This document shows, piece by piece, positions 46,342-55,027 of a stretch of 64,000 nucleotides of DNA. The translations under genes were made by a program, and so were the position numbers. Numbering within the stretch: position 1 is the first letter of the stretch; every line of letters starts with the position of its first letter. Source of the DNA: Bacilli bacterium (GTDB taxonomy: Bacteria; Bacillota_I; Bacilli_A; RFN20; CAG-288); contig CAAGLY010000013.1 in NCBI GenBank assembly GCA_900770925.1, positions 182 to 64,181 on the forward strand. Direction: 5' to 3'. The notes under the pieces were generated by a model. It saw only the letters and a list, made by a program, of their open reading frames with translations. It was not told where the DNA came from and did not search any database.

Positions 46342-47205
46342 CTACTCCCTCAATCCTAGGAATCTTCCCATATCTTCGAAAGTATCAGCCCTAAAAAGAC
46401 ATTCCTTGTCTAATCCGGAAGCATAGAGGTTTCCGTCTTTGAACCCGATAACATTAAAGCCTGCTGTTCTAGCCGAGATGACTCCGGCAGAAGAATCCTC
46501 AATGACAATAGCCTGGCTTTTGTCCTGGATTGAGAGTCCGAGTGCAAGCTCGGCATAAATCCATGGATGAGGCTTGCTTGCCCTTTCCCCTAAAGTGCCA
46601 TAGCTTCCTTTTTCTTTCTGCTTTCCGCCAGTGATGATGGCGTCATAAAAATCCGTCGGTTTTCCAAGTCCGAGAAGAGAAAAGGCCGATTCGATTTCTC
46701 CTATCGCTTTATAATCCAGTCCGCTAGTCGCAAGTCCGATCTGTATTTCTTTATTTTTAAGGCAGAAAAGAAACTCTTTCAGTCCTTCTCTTGGCTGAAA
46801 GGCATCTGTCTTTTCCTTTCCGGAACGGATTCTTTCTAGTCTTTCTTTGGTTAAAGCATGATAGACCTTCAAGGCATCATTCCTAGAGACAGGAATCTTA
46901 TATTTCTCTAAGCAATAGGATAAATGCTCCGCCGTTGTGAATCCGGATACATAAGGAAGGTCATCTTCCGATAAGGTGAAATCAGGATGATGAGATACTT
47001 TCCCGATTGTTTCCTGAATCCTTCTGATCCAGAACTCTTCGCTCTTTACGCTTGTTCCGTCAAGATCCATCCTGACATAGCGGACAGGCTTAGAAAAAGG
47101 AACCGTTTTCCTTTTATAAATACAGTCTACTCCGCCCTGATTGACCTCAACGTCTGTATCCTGTCCATCCTGACTGAATCGGATTCCATTGACTCGGTAA
47201 TTCAT
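46342..47205 (-). CDS. HAD-IA family hydrolase (beta-phosphoglucomutase-like) with N-terminal extension
   Basis: 287 aa with motif I VRMDLDGTSV, motif II GLATSG and motif IV VIEDSSAGVISARTAGF. Confidence 0.7.
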   Translation of the reverse strand: MNYRVNGIRFSQDGQDTDVEVNQGGVDCIYKRKTVPFSKPVRYVRMDLDGTSVKSEEFWIRRIQETIGKVSHHPDFTLSEDDLPYVSGFTTAEHLSYCLEKYKIPVSRNDALKVYHALTKERLERIRSGKEKTDAFQPREGLKEFLFCLKNKEIQIGLATSGLDYKAIGEIESAFSLLGLGKPTDFYDAIITGGKQKEKGSYGTLGERASKPHPWIYAELALGLSIQDKSQAIVIEDSSAGVISARTAGFNVIGFKDGNLYASGLDKECLFRADTFEDMGRFLGLRE

Positions 47206-47376
47206 CTCTTTATCCTCTTTGATATTCTATCATTTCCACAGCCATCCTTGATAAAAGAAGACTCCTCAAAATCCAAGAAAAGTGCCTTATTCTTTTTGAG
47301 ATTTGCCTCTCAGGAAGCTTGTTTTCATGCTAATATGATAGAAGAATAAAGATGCCGGAAAAGAAAGGATATTACG

Positions 47377-48276
47377 ATGAATAGAATCCTGATTGACTTA
47401 ACGATATTAACCGATGATGAACAGAAAAAAGCCGGATACGGAATCAAGCTTTTCAAGCAGAAAAAAGAAAATACCGAACTTATCTTAGTTGGAAAAATAG
47501 ATAATCTTCTGACCTTAGATTCCTTCCAAGGAATAACGATAATTAACTATAAGGATAAAGAAGAAGCCTTAGAATTCTGCTTTGCCCAAGTCAAAGAGAA
47601 AAAGTGTGATGCCATCGTTTCTTTCCGTGACCGCTTAGAAATGGCAGCAGCTTCGAATAAGTTCCTTATTCAGAAAGAGCCGTCTCCTCTTTATGTCACT
47701 TCCTATGCAAATGCCTATACCGGAAAATGGACTCTGTTAGGGGATTTCGGCTATCAGACAAATCCAAGCGAGAGCGATTATCTGAACTACTTAACCGAAA
47801 GGAAGACTATTCTTCTTAAGTTCAACGGCAGGAAGAATCCCGTTGCCAGATTTCTCCTTCCATCGGGATTATCAAGGGATGAAAGCATCACTTCTGTAAT
47901 CCGTGAAAGGAAGAAAGATAAATCCTATAAAGGAGAAATCGAATCCCTTCATAGGCTAGAAGCCGATTCGGATATCCTTATCGGAAATCCGAATTTAGTC
48001 TGTGCAACGATTTCCGGCATCGAGCAAGGTATTACAATCTATAACGAATATCTTGAGCAGGGAAGGAATGCCTCTATCCAATATAAGATGGGAGGAGCTC
48101 TCATCAAGAAACTAAGACAGAAGTTTGAATCCTCAATCGATAAGAAGTTCACTTCCGGAGGAAGGCTGCTTTATGGGTTTGATAAACCGGTTGTCATTAT
48201 CCGAAAGGACACGGCTGCTGGCGGAATAAACGCCTGTCTGAACCTTGCGGATAATGCGGCAAATAGCCTGAAATAG
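47377..48276 (+). CDS. divergent PlsX-like (phosphate acyltransferase family) protein
   Basis: 299 aa. LLGDFGYQTNPSESDYLNYL aligns by eye with the PlsX motif llDvGAN.d..pe.L.qfa, and the C-terminus GGINACLNLADNA aligns with the PlsX C-terminal helix. The N-terminal AvDaMGGD motif is not conserved. Confidence 0.45.
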   Translation: MNRILIDLTILTDDEQKKAGYGIKLFKQKKENTELILVGKIDNLLTLDSFQGITIINYKDKEEALEFCFAQVKEKKCDAIVSFRDRLEMAAASNKFLIQKEPSPLYVTSYANAYTGKWTLLGDFGYQTNPSESDYLNYLTERKTILLKFNGRKNPVARFLLPSGLSRDESITSVIRERKKDKSYKGEIESLHRLEADSDILIGNPNLVCATISGIEQGITIYNEYLEQGRNASIQYKMGGALIKKLRQKFESSIDKKFTSGGRLLYGFDKPVVIIRKDTAAGGINACLNLADNAANSLK

Positions 48277-48278
48277 CC

Positions 48279-49037
48279 ATGAATATCCTAATCAAGCTTT
48301 CTGGCATTGAAAACAAAGAAGAACTGATTACAAGGATCAAGAAAGAAGCCTTAGACAGCTCTTCCTCTTTCGAATTCTATTTGGATTGTCCTTCTAGTGA
48401 ATTTACAAAATTCGAAGGGTTCGATAAAATCCATCGTTTTCAGAATGATGGGGTTGCTCTTTCTGCTGTTATCCAGAAAAAGGAAGAGACAGATGGCCCG
48501 ATTCTTTATCCTTTAAACAGTTTAAATGATAAGCCTTCCTATCTTTTTGTCCTCAATAAGGAGAACGATTCCGTTGCCGAAAAGAGGATTAGCACCTTTT
48601 ACTCTTTTGTCAAAGAAGATAGCCTCACTATATCTCTTTTCTCTAACAGCTTATTTAGTGAAGGGTATCCGATTAAGGAAAACTGGAATAAAGAATCCGT
48701 CACTGAGCTATTCACGAAAGAAAACTCCTTCTCCGTCTTAAGCCAGTACGATTTTCAGCTCCTCTCGGATGCTTTCCTTACCATTAAGGCATTCAAGAAG
48801 AAAGAAAAAGAGAGCAAGAAGACCCTATTTTCCGATGTCGGGAACTACTTCTTCAAGAACTACATGTCTCACCCTAAGGATCTGACAAGGGAATTAATGC
48901 TTTCTTCCTATGGTAGGACATGGAAGGAAGAGGTCCTTTATTTCCAGATAACAAAAAAAGGAACAAGGAAAGAGTATCTTTCCCTGTTCCGGCTTAGGAA
49001 ACTCTATCAGAAGAATCACTTAACAATCTTAAAATAA
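48279..49037 (+). CDS. hypothetical protein
   Basis: 252 aa, starting 3 nt after the PlsX-like gene. I recognise no motif. Confidence 0.5.
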   Translation: MNILIKLSGIENKEELITRIKKEALDSSSSFEFYLDCPSSEFTKFEGFDKIHRFQNDGVALSAVIQKKEETDGPILYPLNSLNDKPSYLFVLNKENDSVAEKRISTFYSFVKEDSLTISLFSNSLFSEGYPIKENWNKESVTELFTKENSFSVLSQYDFQLLSDAFLTIKAFKKKEKESKKTLFSDVGNYFFKNYMSHPKDLTRELMLSSYGRTWKEEVLYFQITKKGTRKEYLSLFRLRKLYQKNHLTILK

Positions 49038-49330
49038 GCAAGAAGGAAGACAAGCAAAGCCTGCAGAAGGAATAATCCGATATTAATGAAGAGAAATTTC
49101 CGATGGCCGAGTTTATCCTCAAGACGGATTTCCTTTGACAGAATATAGACAAGCAGAACTCCGGAAGCACCGAAGAAAACAGAAGAGACAAGTACTTCGC
49201 TGAGCTTATACCGTTTTCCGTCTCCCCGAACTCCTTTGACATAGGCAAGGGAAGACCTGACGCCAAAAAGAAAACCGACAAAGACAACAAAGATTGCCCA
49301 ATAAGATGGAATTGAAAAGGATAGAATCAT
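49016..49330 (-). CDS. small membrane protein
   Basis: 104 aa with 3 hydrophobic segments. No clear SD is present. I preferred it over the overlapping 48994-49290 frame. Confidence 0.4.
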   Translation of the reverse strand: MILSFSIPSYWAIFVVFVGFLFGVRSSLAYVKGVRGDGKRYKLSEVLVSSVFFGASGVLLVYILSKEIRLEDKLGHRKFLFINIGLFLLQALLVFLLAYFKIVK

Positions 49331-49338
49331 GAGATAGA

Positions 49339-49368
49339 GAAAAAGGGCTCCGGATTAGATGGAGCCCT
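49339..49368 (-). terminator. intrinsic terminator after the ABC permease gene
   Basis: Stem agggctcc (49344-49351) pairs with ggagccct (49361-49368). The A-run gives a U-tract on the minus strand. Confidence 0.65.
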
Positions 49369-49383
49369 TCCTTTCATTAATGT

Positions 49384-51087
49384 TTACTTCTTCTTCAGGT
49401 ACTTGATGCAGTCAAGCGTGACGGCAGCAAGAATGATAACGCCCTTGATGGCGAGCTGGTAGTTTGCATCGGTGATACCAATCATCGGCAGAATGACGCA
49501 GATAGCCTGGAAGATGAGAGCGCCGATAACGACACCGGAGATCTTTCCGACACCGCCAGAGAAAGAGACACCGCCGACGACACAGGCTGCAATAGCATCG
49601 TTTTCCCTACCCTGACCTGTCCTTGCACGGACATTGCCGGAATAGATGGCGAAGATGCTACCGCCGATACCATAGTAGATACCGGCAAGAATGAAGACGC
49701 CTAATGTAACCTTGAAGACATTAATACCGGAGACGGCTGCTGCCTCCGGGTTACCACCGACAGCGAACCTGTTCTTACCGAATTTTGTCTTATTCCAGAT
49801 AACCCACCTGACGGCAATACCGATAATTGCCCAGAAAATCATAATCGGGAAATCGGTGCCGTCCCTAAGTCCTTTACCAGAGATAATAGCAGCGACCTTT
49901 TCATCCGGCCTTCCCGTGAATTGGTTGCTCGTCCTACCGGCCATGAGACCGAAGGTGAAGAGCTGAGTGGCAAGAGTAGAGATGAACGGATGCCTCTTGA
50001 ATTTAGCAGAGAAGAAGCCGGCTAAACCGGAAATTGCTGTACAGGAGGCGATGGAGAGAAGGAACGCAAAGACAACACGGAGGCCAAGAGGGATTCCAGA
50101 GACGTTAACGGCATGTCCGAAGAATCCTAACGCTGTCGTACCGCTTGTTGTAACAAGCCTGCCTGTAAATACGGCTGACCTACCGACTAGACGTCCGATG
50201 CTTAAGTCGGTACCGGCTAAGACAATCAAGCCGGCAACGCCGAGTGCTAAGAACCTACGTGGCGCAGTCGTGTTAAGGATAAGAATAAGGTTTGAACCAT
50301 TTAAGAGGAACTCGCCAGACTGGACTGCATAGACAATCGTTGCGATGATGATAAGAAGGAGGATAGTAAGGTATAGACCGTTTTTCAGAAGGAAGCCTTT
50401 GACCGTAAAGTTGTTGACGTAATTTTCTTTCTTCTGTTCTAACCTATAGAGAGGAGGAAGTTTTTTGTTATTGATCTTTTCCCTGTAAGAGAATTTATTG
50501 ACATAGAGAGTATGAACTCTATCCTGGCATTCATCCTTTACATCCTGAAAGGCAACATTCGCATCGTTGCATTTCTGGACATATTCGACCTTGAGATCAT
50601 CAAGTGCCCTCTTTTTCTGCTTATTGAATTCTTTTTCCTTGCCGGCCTCAGGTTTCTTGTTCGCCCATTCAGCTGTATAAGTTTTCCTCGCTTCTTCGTT
50701 ATCTTTCTTATACTGAGCAAGTTTTGTCTCTTTTTCTGCTAAAGCAGCTTTGATGATTCCTTCGTTCTTTGCTTTTTCCTGAGCAATAAGCTTGGAATAG
50801 CTTGCCTGAATGAAATCAATTGCCGCTTTGACCTTTTCGGCAATCTGCGGTTTCTTCTTTAAGCGGACAATATCCGCTTTCTTGATTTCTTCCTTGTCTT
50901 TAGCAATCAGCTTGTCTTTCGTCTCTTTATCAAGCTGTTTGTATTTCTTCAGATTAGCGATTTCGTTCTTCAGTTCCTCGATTTTGGTAACGCCATCCCG
51001 ACGAAGATCATCGAGTTCGGCCTGCCTTTTTTCGATTTCAGGAATGAAGGACTGTTCAGTCAGAACATTTGTATTAGTCGTATCCAT
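49384..51087 (-). CDS. mglC: CUT2-family sugar ABC transporter permease (MglC-like) with N-terminal coiled-coil extension of about 230 aa
   Basis: The C-terminal 340 aa or so are polytopic with BPD_transp_2-type motifs (GTDLSIG, GRENDAIAACVVGG). The N-terminus is K/E-rich and helical. A strong SD (AGAGGAGAA) precedes the ATG at 51087. Confidence 0.8.
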   Translation of the reverse strand: MDTTNTNVLTEQSFIPEIEKRQAELDDLRRDGVTKIEELKNEIANLKKYKQLDKETKDKLIAKDKEEIKKADIVRLKKKPQIAEKVKAAIDFIQASYSKLIAQEKAKNEGIIKAALAEKETKLAQYKKDNEEARKTYTAEWANKKPEAGKEKEFNKQKKRALDDLKVEYVQKCNDANVAFQDVKDECQDRVHTLYVNKFSYREKINNKKLPPLYRLEQKKENYVNNFTVKGFLLKNGLYLTILLLIIIATIVYAVQSGEFLLNGSNLILILNTTAPRRFLALGVAGLIVLAGTDLSIGRLVGRSAVFTGRLVTTSGTTALGFFGHAVNVSGIPLGLRVVFAFLLSIASCTAISGLAGFFSAKFKRHPFISTLATQLFTFGLMAGRTSNQFTGRPDEKVAAIISGKGLRDGTDFPIMIFWAIIGIAVRWVIWNKTKFGKNRFAVGGNPEAAAVSGINVFKVTLGVFILAGIYYGIGGSIFAIYSGNVRARTGQGRENDAIAACVVGGVSFSGGVGKISGVVIGALIFQAICVILPMIGITDANYQLAIKGVIILAAVTLDCIKYLKKK

Positions 51088-51104
51088 TTTCTAATTTCTC
51101 CTCT

Positions 51105-52598
51105 TTATAAGTACTTTGCAGAAAGTCTTAACAGCTCTTCCTGATTGGTTTCCTTCGTGTTGACAACACCGGCAAGATGATAGTTGCTCCTTACCGCGAT
51201 ACGGTTAGTGATTCCTAAGATTTCCGGCCTTTCAGAGCTGACCACGATACAGGTTTTGCCTTCCTTGGCAAGATTGATAATCAATTGATAGATTTCATAC
51301 TTAGCACCGACATCAATACCGCGGGTAGGCTCATCAAGAAGGAAGACATCCGGATTACGTTCAAGCCATTTTCCGATGATTACTTTCTGCTGGTTTCCGC
51401 CGCTAAGAGCGGAAATCAGATCATTCGGTCCCCTGCACTTGGTGTGCCTAGTGTAAATTTCACGGACCGTGGCTTCTTTCCTCTTTCCATCGTTAAGGAA
51501 ACCTAATGTCTTATACTTATCGAGATTTGTAATTGTCGTATTGAACGTCAGAGTTCCTTTCATGAACCTTCCGTTTGCTTTACGTTCCTCAGTGACAAAG
51601 GCGAAGTTATAATCCCTGGCTTCTTTCGGTGAACGGAATTTTACCTGTTTGCCGTTAAAGAAGATTTTTCCGGTCTTAATGGTACGGATACCGAAGAGAG
51701 TTTCCAGTAATTCGCTTCGGCCAGCACCGACAAGGCCATAAACACCGAAGATTTCACCTTTACGGACAGAAAAGGAAATATCACGGAGAAGAGGAGCATA
51801 CCTAGTAGAAAGATTCTCCACTCTCAGGATTTCCTCGCCTGGAGTATTGTCTACCGGCGGGAAACGCTGAGTCAGGGAACGGCCGACCATAGCAGAAATC
51901 AGTTCGTTCCTGTTGGTATCCTTTGTTGCTTTCGTCCTGATCCTTTCACCATCACGCAGAACAGAGACTTCATCGCATATTTCGAAGATTTCATCCATCT
52001 TATGGGAGATATAAACAAATGAAACACCCCGTTTGCGTAAGTCACTGACAATCTTGAAGAGCTTGCGGACTTCCGGTTCTGTCAAAGATGAGGTCGGTTC
52101 GTCTAAAACAATAATCTTTGCGTTATAGGACACAGCCTTAGCGATTTCCACCATCTGACGCTGAGAGACTGACCTCGTGCGCCTGCGCTGTTTAGGGTTG
52201 GCGTTGATTCCAAGGCTCTCGAAGAGACCTTTCGTTTCAAATAACCTGTAGTTTTCATCGACAAGTCCGCCACGGGTCTTGTAGCGTCCAAGCCACCTGT
52301 TATCCAGAACGGTCCTATCTAAGCACTGATTGAGCTCCTGGTGAACCATAGCAACACCGTTTTCAAGGGCATCTTTCGGATTTTCGAAATTGACGTTCTT
52401 GTCATCGAAAATAATACTTCCGTCGTCCTTTGCATAAATACCGAAGAGGCACTTCATCCTAGTGGACTTACCTGCTCCGTTTTCACCCATCAATCCCCTG
52501 ACTGTTCCACGCTTAACAGAAAGATTGATATTTTTAAGAACATGATTTTTTCCGAAAGATTTGCTTAAGTCATGGATTTCAAGTATGTTTTCTGTCAC
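51105..52598 (-). CDS. mglA: CUT2-family sugar ABC transporter ATPase (MglA-like, duplicated ABC domains)
   Basis: It has two ABC cassettes (GENGAGKST, LSVSQRQMVEIAKA, IIVLDEP; second LSGGNQQKVIIGKWL, VFLLDEPTRGID). The start is set at the GTG at 52598, 8 nt after AAGGAGG. Confidence 0.88.
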   Translation of the reverse strand: MTENILEIHDLSKSFGKNHVLKNINLSVKRGTVRGLMGENGAGKSTRMKCLFGIYAKDDGSIIFDDKNVNFENPKDALENGVAMVHQELNQCLDRTVLDNRWLGRYKTRGGLVDENYRLFETKGLFESLGINANPKQRRRTRSVSQRQMVEIAKAVSYNAKIIVLDEPTSSLTEPEVRKLFKIVSDLRKRGVSFVYISHKMDEIFEICDEVSVLRDGERIRTKATKDTNRNELISAMVGRSLTQRFPPVDNTPGEEILRVENLSTRYAPLLRDISFSVRKGEIFGVYGLVGAGRSELLETLFGIRTIKTGKIFFNGKQVKFRSPKEARDYNFAFVTEERKANGRFMKGTLTFNTTITNLDKYKTLGFLNDGKRKEATVREIYTRHTKCRGPNDLISALSGGNQQKVIIGKWLERNPDVFLLDEPTRGIDVGAKYEIYQLIINLAKEGKTCIVVSSERPEILGITNRIAVRSNYHLAGVVNTKETNQEELLRLSAKYL

Positions 52599-52626
52599 TC
52601 TTTCTTCCTCCTTCATCATTGAAGAA

Positions 52627-52654
52627 GGGATGCTATGAAGATTCATAGCATCCC
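52627..52654 (-). other. perfect 12-bp intercistronic hairpin between the binding-protein gene and mglA
   Basis: gggatgctatga (52627-52638) pairs with tcatagcatccc (52643-52654) around a 4-nt loop. No U-tract follows. Confidence 0.6.
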
Positions 52655-52677
52655 TCATTTTCTTGCTTATCGGCAGA

Positions 52678-53790
52678 CTACTTTTCTAATGCGTGATACC
52701 AATCCTTGATGATGTTACCCTGTGCAACACCCTGACCCTGAGAGCCAGAGCCGACAAAGTAGGCATTAGAAACGGAAGAGAGATCAGCAACACCGCTGTT
52801 ATCGGATTTCTTCGGCTGACGATTGAAGAAGACAACCGGTTTGCCAGCAGCTTTGTCGAGATAAGTCTTATAGTTAGCGTGAGTGATGATGTTGAAAGCG
52901 AAGGCATCGTAGTTGCCGCCGAGCTTGGCATCGACCTGTTCCTGGAGCTTAGTATCATCGGTACCTTCACCAGCGACAACAGTGACTTCGAAGCCTAATG
53001 CCTTAGCATAGTGCGGAAGAGCCTTTGCATAGGTTTCCTGGATAAAGTTATCGTTCTGAGAATAAAGAGCGACAAGTAATTTCTTTCCCTTGACTGCCGA
53101 ATCTTCAGCAACATTGACATAGTTACCCGGTTTTAAGGTGTCTGCATTCTGTTTAGTAACAGCAGCGAACTGAGTCTGGATAACATGGCTGTTTAATTCA
53201 TCGAGATTTAAGGAAGCACGTCCGCCATAGTTAGCAGAGATAACAGGGTTAGTTCCCTTGACCCTATTAGCTAAAACTAAGGCAGTAGCAAGAGCTTGAT
53301 CATCACCATTCTGGGAAACAGAACCGGCAAGCGTGCCCTTCTTGATCCTGTCGCAGGCAGTTCCAAGAGCATCAAAGCCGACAATCGGAGTGCCCTTTAA
53401 AAGACCAGTAGCGTTAGAAGCAGCGATAGCCATACCATCGTTGTTAGAGACGATGAAATCGAGCTTTCCTTTATACTTCTTAACCCAAGTCTCGACCTGG
53501 ACCTTAGCAAAAGCATCATTCCAGGAACCAGTGGTATCCGTGCAGGTAACACGGGTGAGTTCCTTAGCCTTGAATCCGCCTTCAGCAGCAATAGAATTTA
53601 AAGCATCAACACAGCCTTTGGTACGATCTTCGGCTTCCGGGTTTCCGTCTTCGCCGACAAGAATGGCATAACCGAGTTCGCCATCAGAGATAGCATTCTT
53701 CCAGGACCATTCCTTGGCAGTGGTCTTGTTGCATCCGACAGTAGCACCGGCTAATAAAACTAACGACAGGAACGAAACGAGCTTTTTCAT
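52678..53790 (-). CDS. sugar-binding lipoprotein of the MglB/type I PBP family, circularly permuted
   Basis: 370 aa with lipobox ATVGC and SD AAGGAGA. The motifs SNNDGMAIAA, IVGFDA and GTLAGSV (normally in the C-terminal half) come before LYSQNDNF, PVVFFNRQP and AYFVGSG (normally in the N-terminal half). Confidence 0.8.
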   Translation of the reverse strand: MKKLVSFLSLVLLAGATVGCNKTTAKEWSWKNAISDGELGYAILVGEDGNPEAEDRTKGCVDALNSIAAEGGFKAKELTRVTCTDTTGSWNDAFAKVQVETWVKKYKGKLDFIVSNNDGMAIAASNATGLLKGTPIVGFDALGTACDRIKKGTLAGSVSQNGDDQALATALVLANRVKGTNPVISANYGGRASLNLDELNSHVIQTQFAAVTKQNADTLKPGNYVNVAEDSAVKGKKLLVALYSQNDNFIQETYAKALPHYAKALGFEVTVVAGEGTDDTKLQEQVDAKLGGNYDAFAFNIITHANYKTYLDKAAGKPVVFFNRQPKKSDNSGVADLSSVSNAYFVGSGSQGQGVAQGNIIKDWYHALEK

Positions 53791-53845
53791 ATTTTTTCTC
53801 CTTTTTGTTTTTCCTCAAGGGGGCGTTCAATAAGACTGGCCATCC

Positions 53846-53874
53846 TTAAGCGCTTAAATTCTAAACCGCTTACA
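53846..53874. promoter_or_regulatory. cre/LacI-family-operator-like sites in the mgl promoter region
   Basis: There is a palindrome ttaagcgcttaa (53846-53857). Next to it, tctaaaccgcttaca (53860-53874) reads TGTAAGCGGTTTAGA on the minus strand, overlapping a TAGAAT -10 candidate. Confidence 0.35.
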
Positions 53875-54013
53875 TAAATTAAAAAATGGAAAAAACAACA
53901 CTGAAATTGAAAAAATCTACACACAAACAAACATTCAAAGACAAAAATTCCACTTTTTCTCTGTTTGCTTCTCTAACCTTATTAATAGGGAAAACTTGAA
54001 AATGAATCCCCTT

Positions 54014-55027
54014 TTACAAATTGCTCAGAATTTCCCCCTGAACATAAACCGTGTATTCGTTTGCCCTTGTCTCGGTAAAATCATCAGGAAGTGCCTTATT
54101 GTTGAGAAGGCAGTCAGCAATCTCAACGCAGGTCTTCGCCTGCTTTTTTTCTTCGTTTTTCACCGTTCCGGAAAGCAAACCTTTCTGCCTATACTGAATG
54201 CCGATATCCGTGCCATCGACACCGAAAACAGGGAAAGGAAGAGAGTCAGAGGGATCATCGGAAACAAGGTCGTTCTCAATCAGATAGTCGACCGCACCAA
54301 TTGCCCTATCATCATTGTTGGAAAGCACCAATTCAATCTTGTCTCCGAACTGCTCGTACCAGTCTTTCCTGATAACCTTTGCCTCATCGCGGCTCCAGTT
54401 GCAGTAACTAGAAGCAAGGATCTCGGTCTGATAGCCATCCGTTTTTAAGGTATTCAGTACCGAATTGCTTCTCTTCTCTGTATCCTGATTTCCGATTTCG
54501 CCCTTTAATAGGACAAGCTGAATCACACCGTCATGATTTTTATCGTATTCGGAAAACAGTCCGTCCTCTGTTTTAAAGAGGGTTTCTACCCTCTTTGCCT
54601 GGCTACTCCCCTCAAAGAGAGGATCCGTTCCGACAAAGAAGATATTCTTATTCGTCTTCCGTCCGCGGATCCTATCCGCATCAAGAGGCTGACGGTTAAA
54701 GAAAATAACCGGAATATCTTTTTTGGAGACTTTATCGATAATCGCGCCGGAAGAAAGCCGGTCGACAAGGTTGATGAACCTCCTCTTGCTGTTCCCGCTG
54801 TCCCTAGCATCCACAATCGATTCGTTCTGCTGAATCTGAGAATTCGAGGCGTACTTCACGCTATAGGAGTATCCTTTCCCATCTAATTCAGCCTGGAGCG
54901 CGTGGTTCAGAGACCTGATGAAGGTATCGTTCTCGTTATAGATGAAGACGGATGCCTCCGTCTTCTTCTCTCCGCACGAAACAAGAAGAAAGAGACAAGA
55001 TAAAAGTAAGTAGCTTCTATTCTTCAT
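54014..55027 (-). CDS. type I periplasmic-binding-protein lipoprotein (canonical MglB-like order), sensor partner of the adjacent kinase
   Basis: 337 aa with lipobox LVSCG. The motifs VFIYNENDTF, IPVIFFNRQP, FFVGTD, LSNNDDRAIGA, VFGVDG and GLLSGTV occur in the canonical order. Its start overlaps the kinase stop by 11 nt. Confidence 0.75.
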   Translation of the reverse strand: MKNRSYLLLSCLFLLVSCGEKKTEASVFIYNENDTFIRSLNHALQAELDGKGYSYSVKYASNSQIQQNESIVDARDSGNSKRRFINLVDRLSSGAIIDKVSKKDIPVIFFNRQPLDADRIRGRKTNKNIFFVGTDPLFEGSSQAKRVETLFKTEDGLFSEYDKNHDGVIQLVLLKGEIGNQDTEKRSNSVLNTLKTDGYQTEILASSYCNWSRDEAKVIRKDWYEQFGDKIELVLSNNDDRAIGAVDYLIENDLVSDDPSDSLPFPVFGVDGTDIGIQYRQKGLLSGTVKNEEKKQAKTCVEIADCLLNNKALPDDFTETRANEYTVYVQGEILSNL

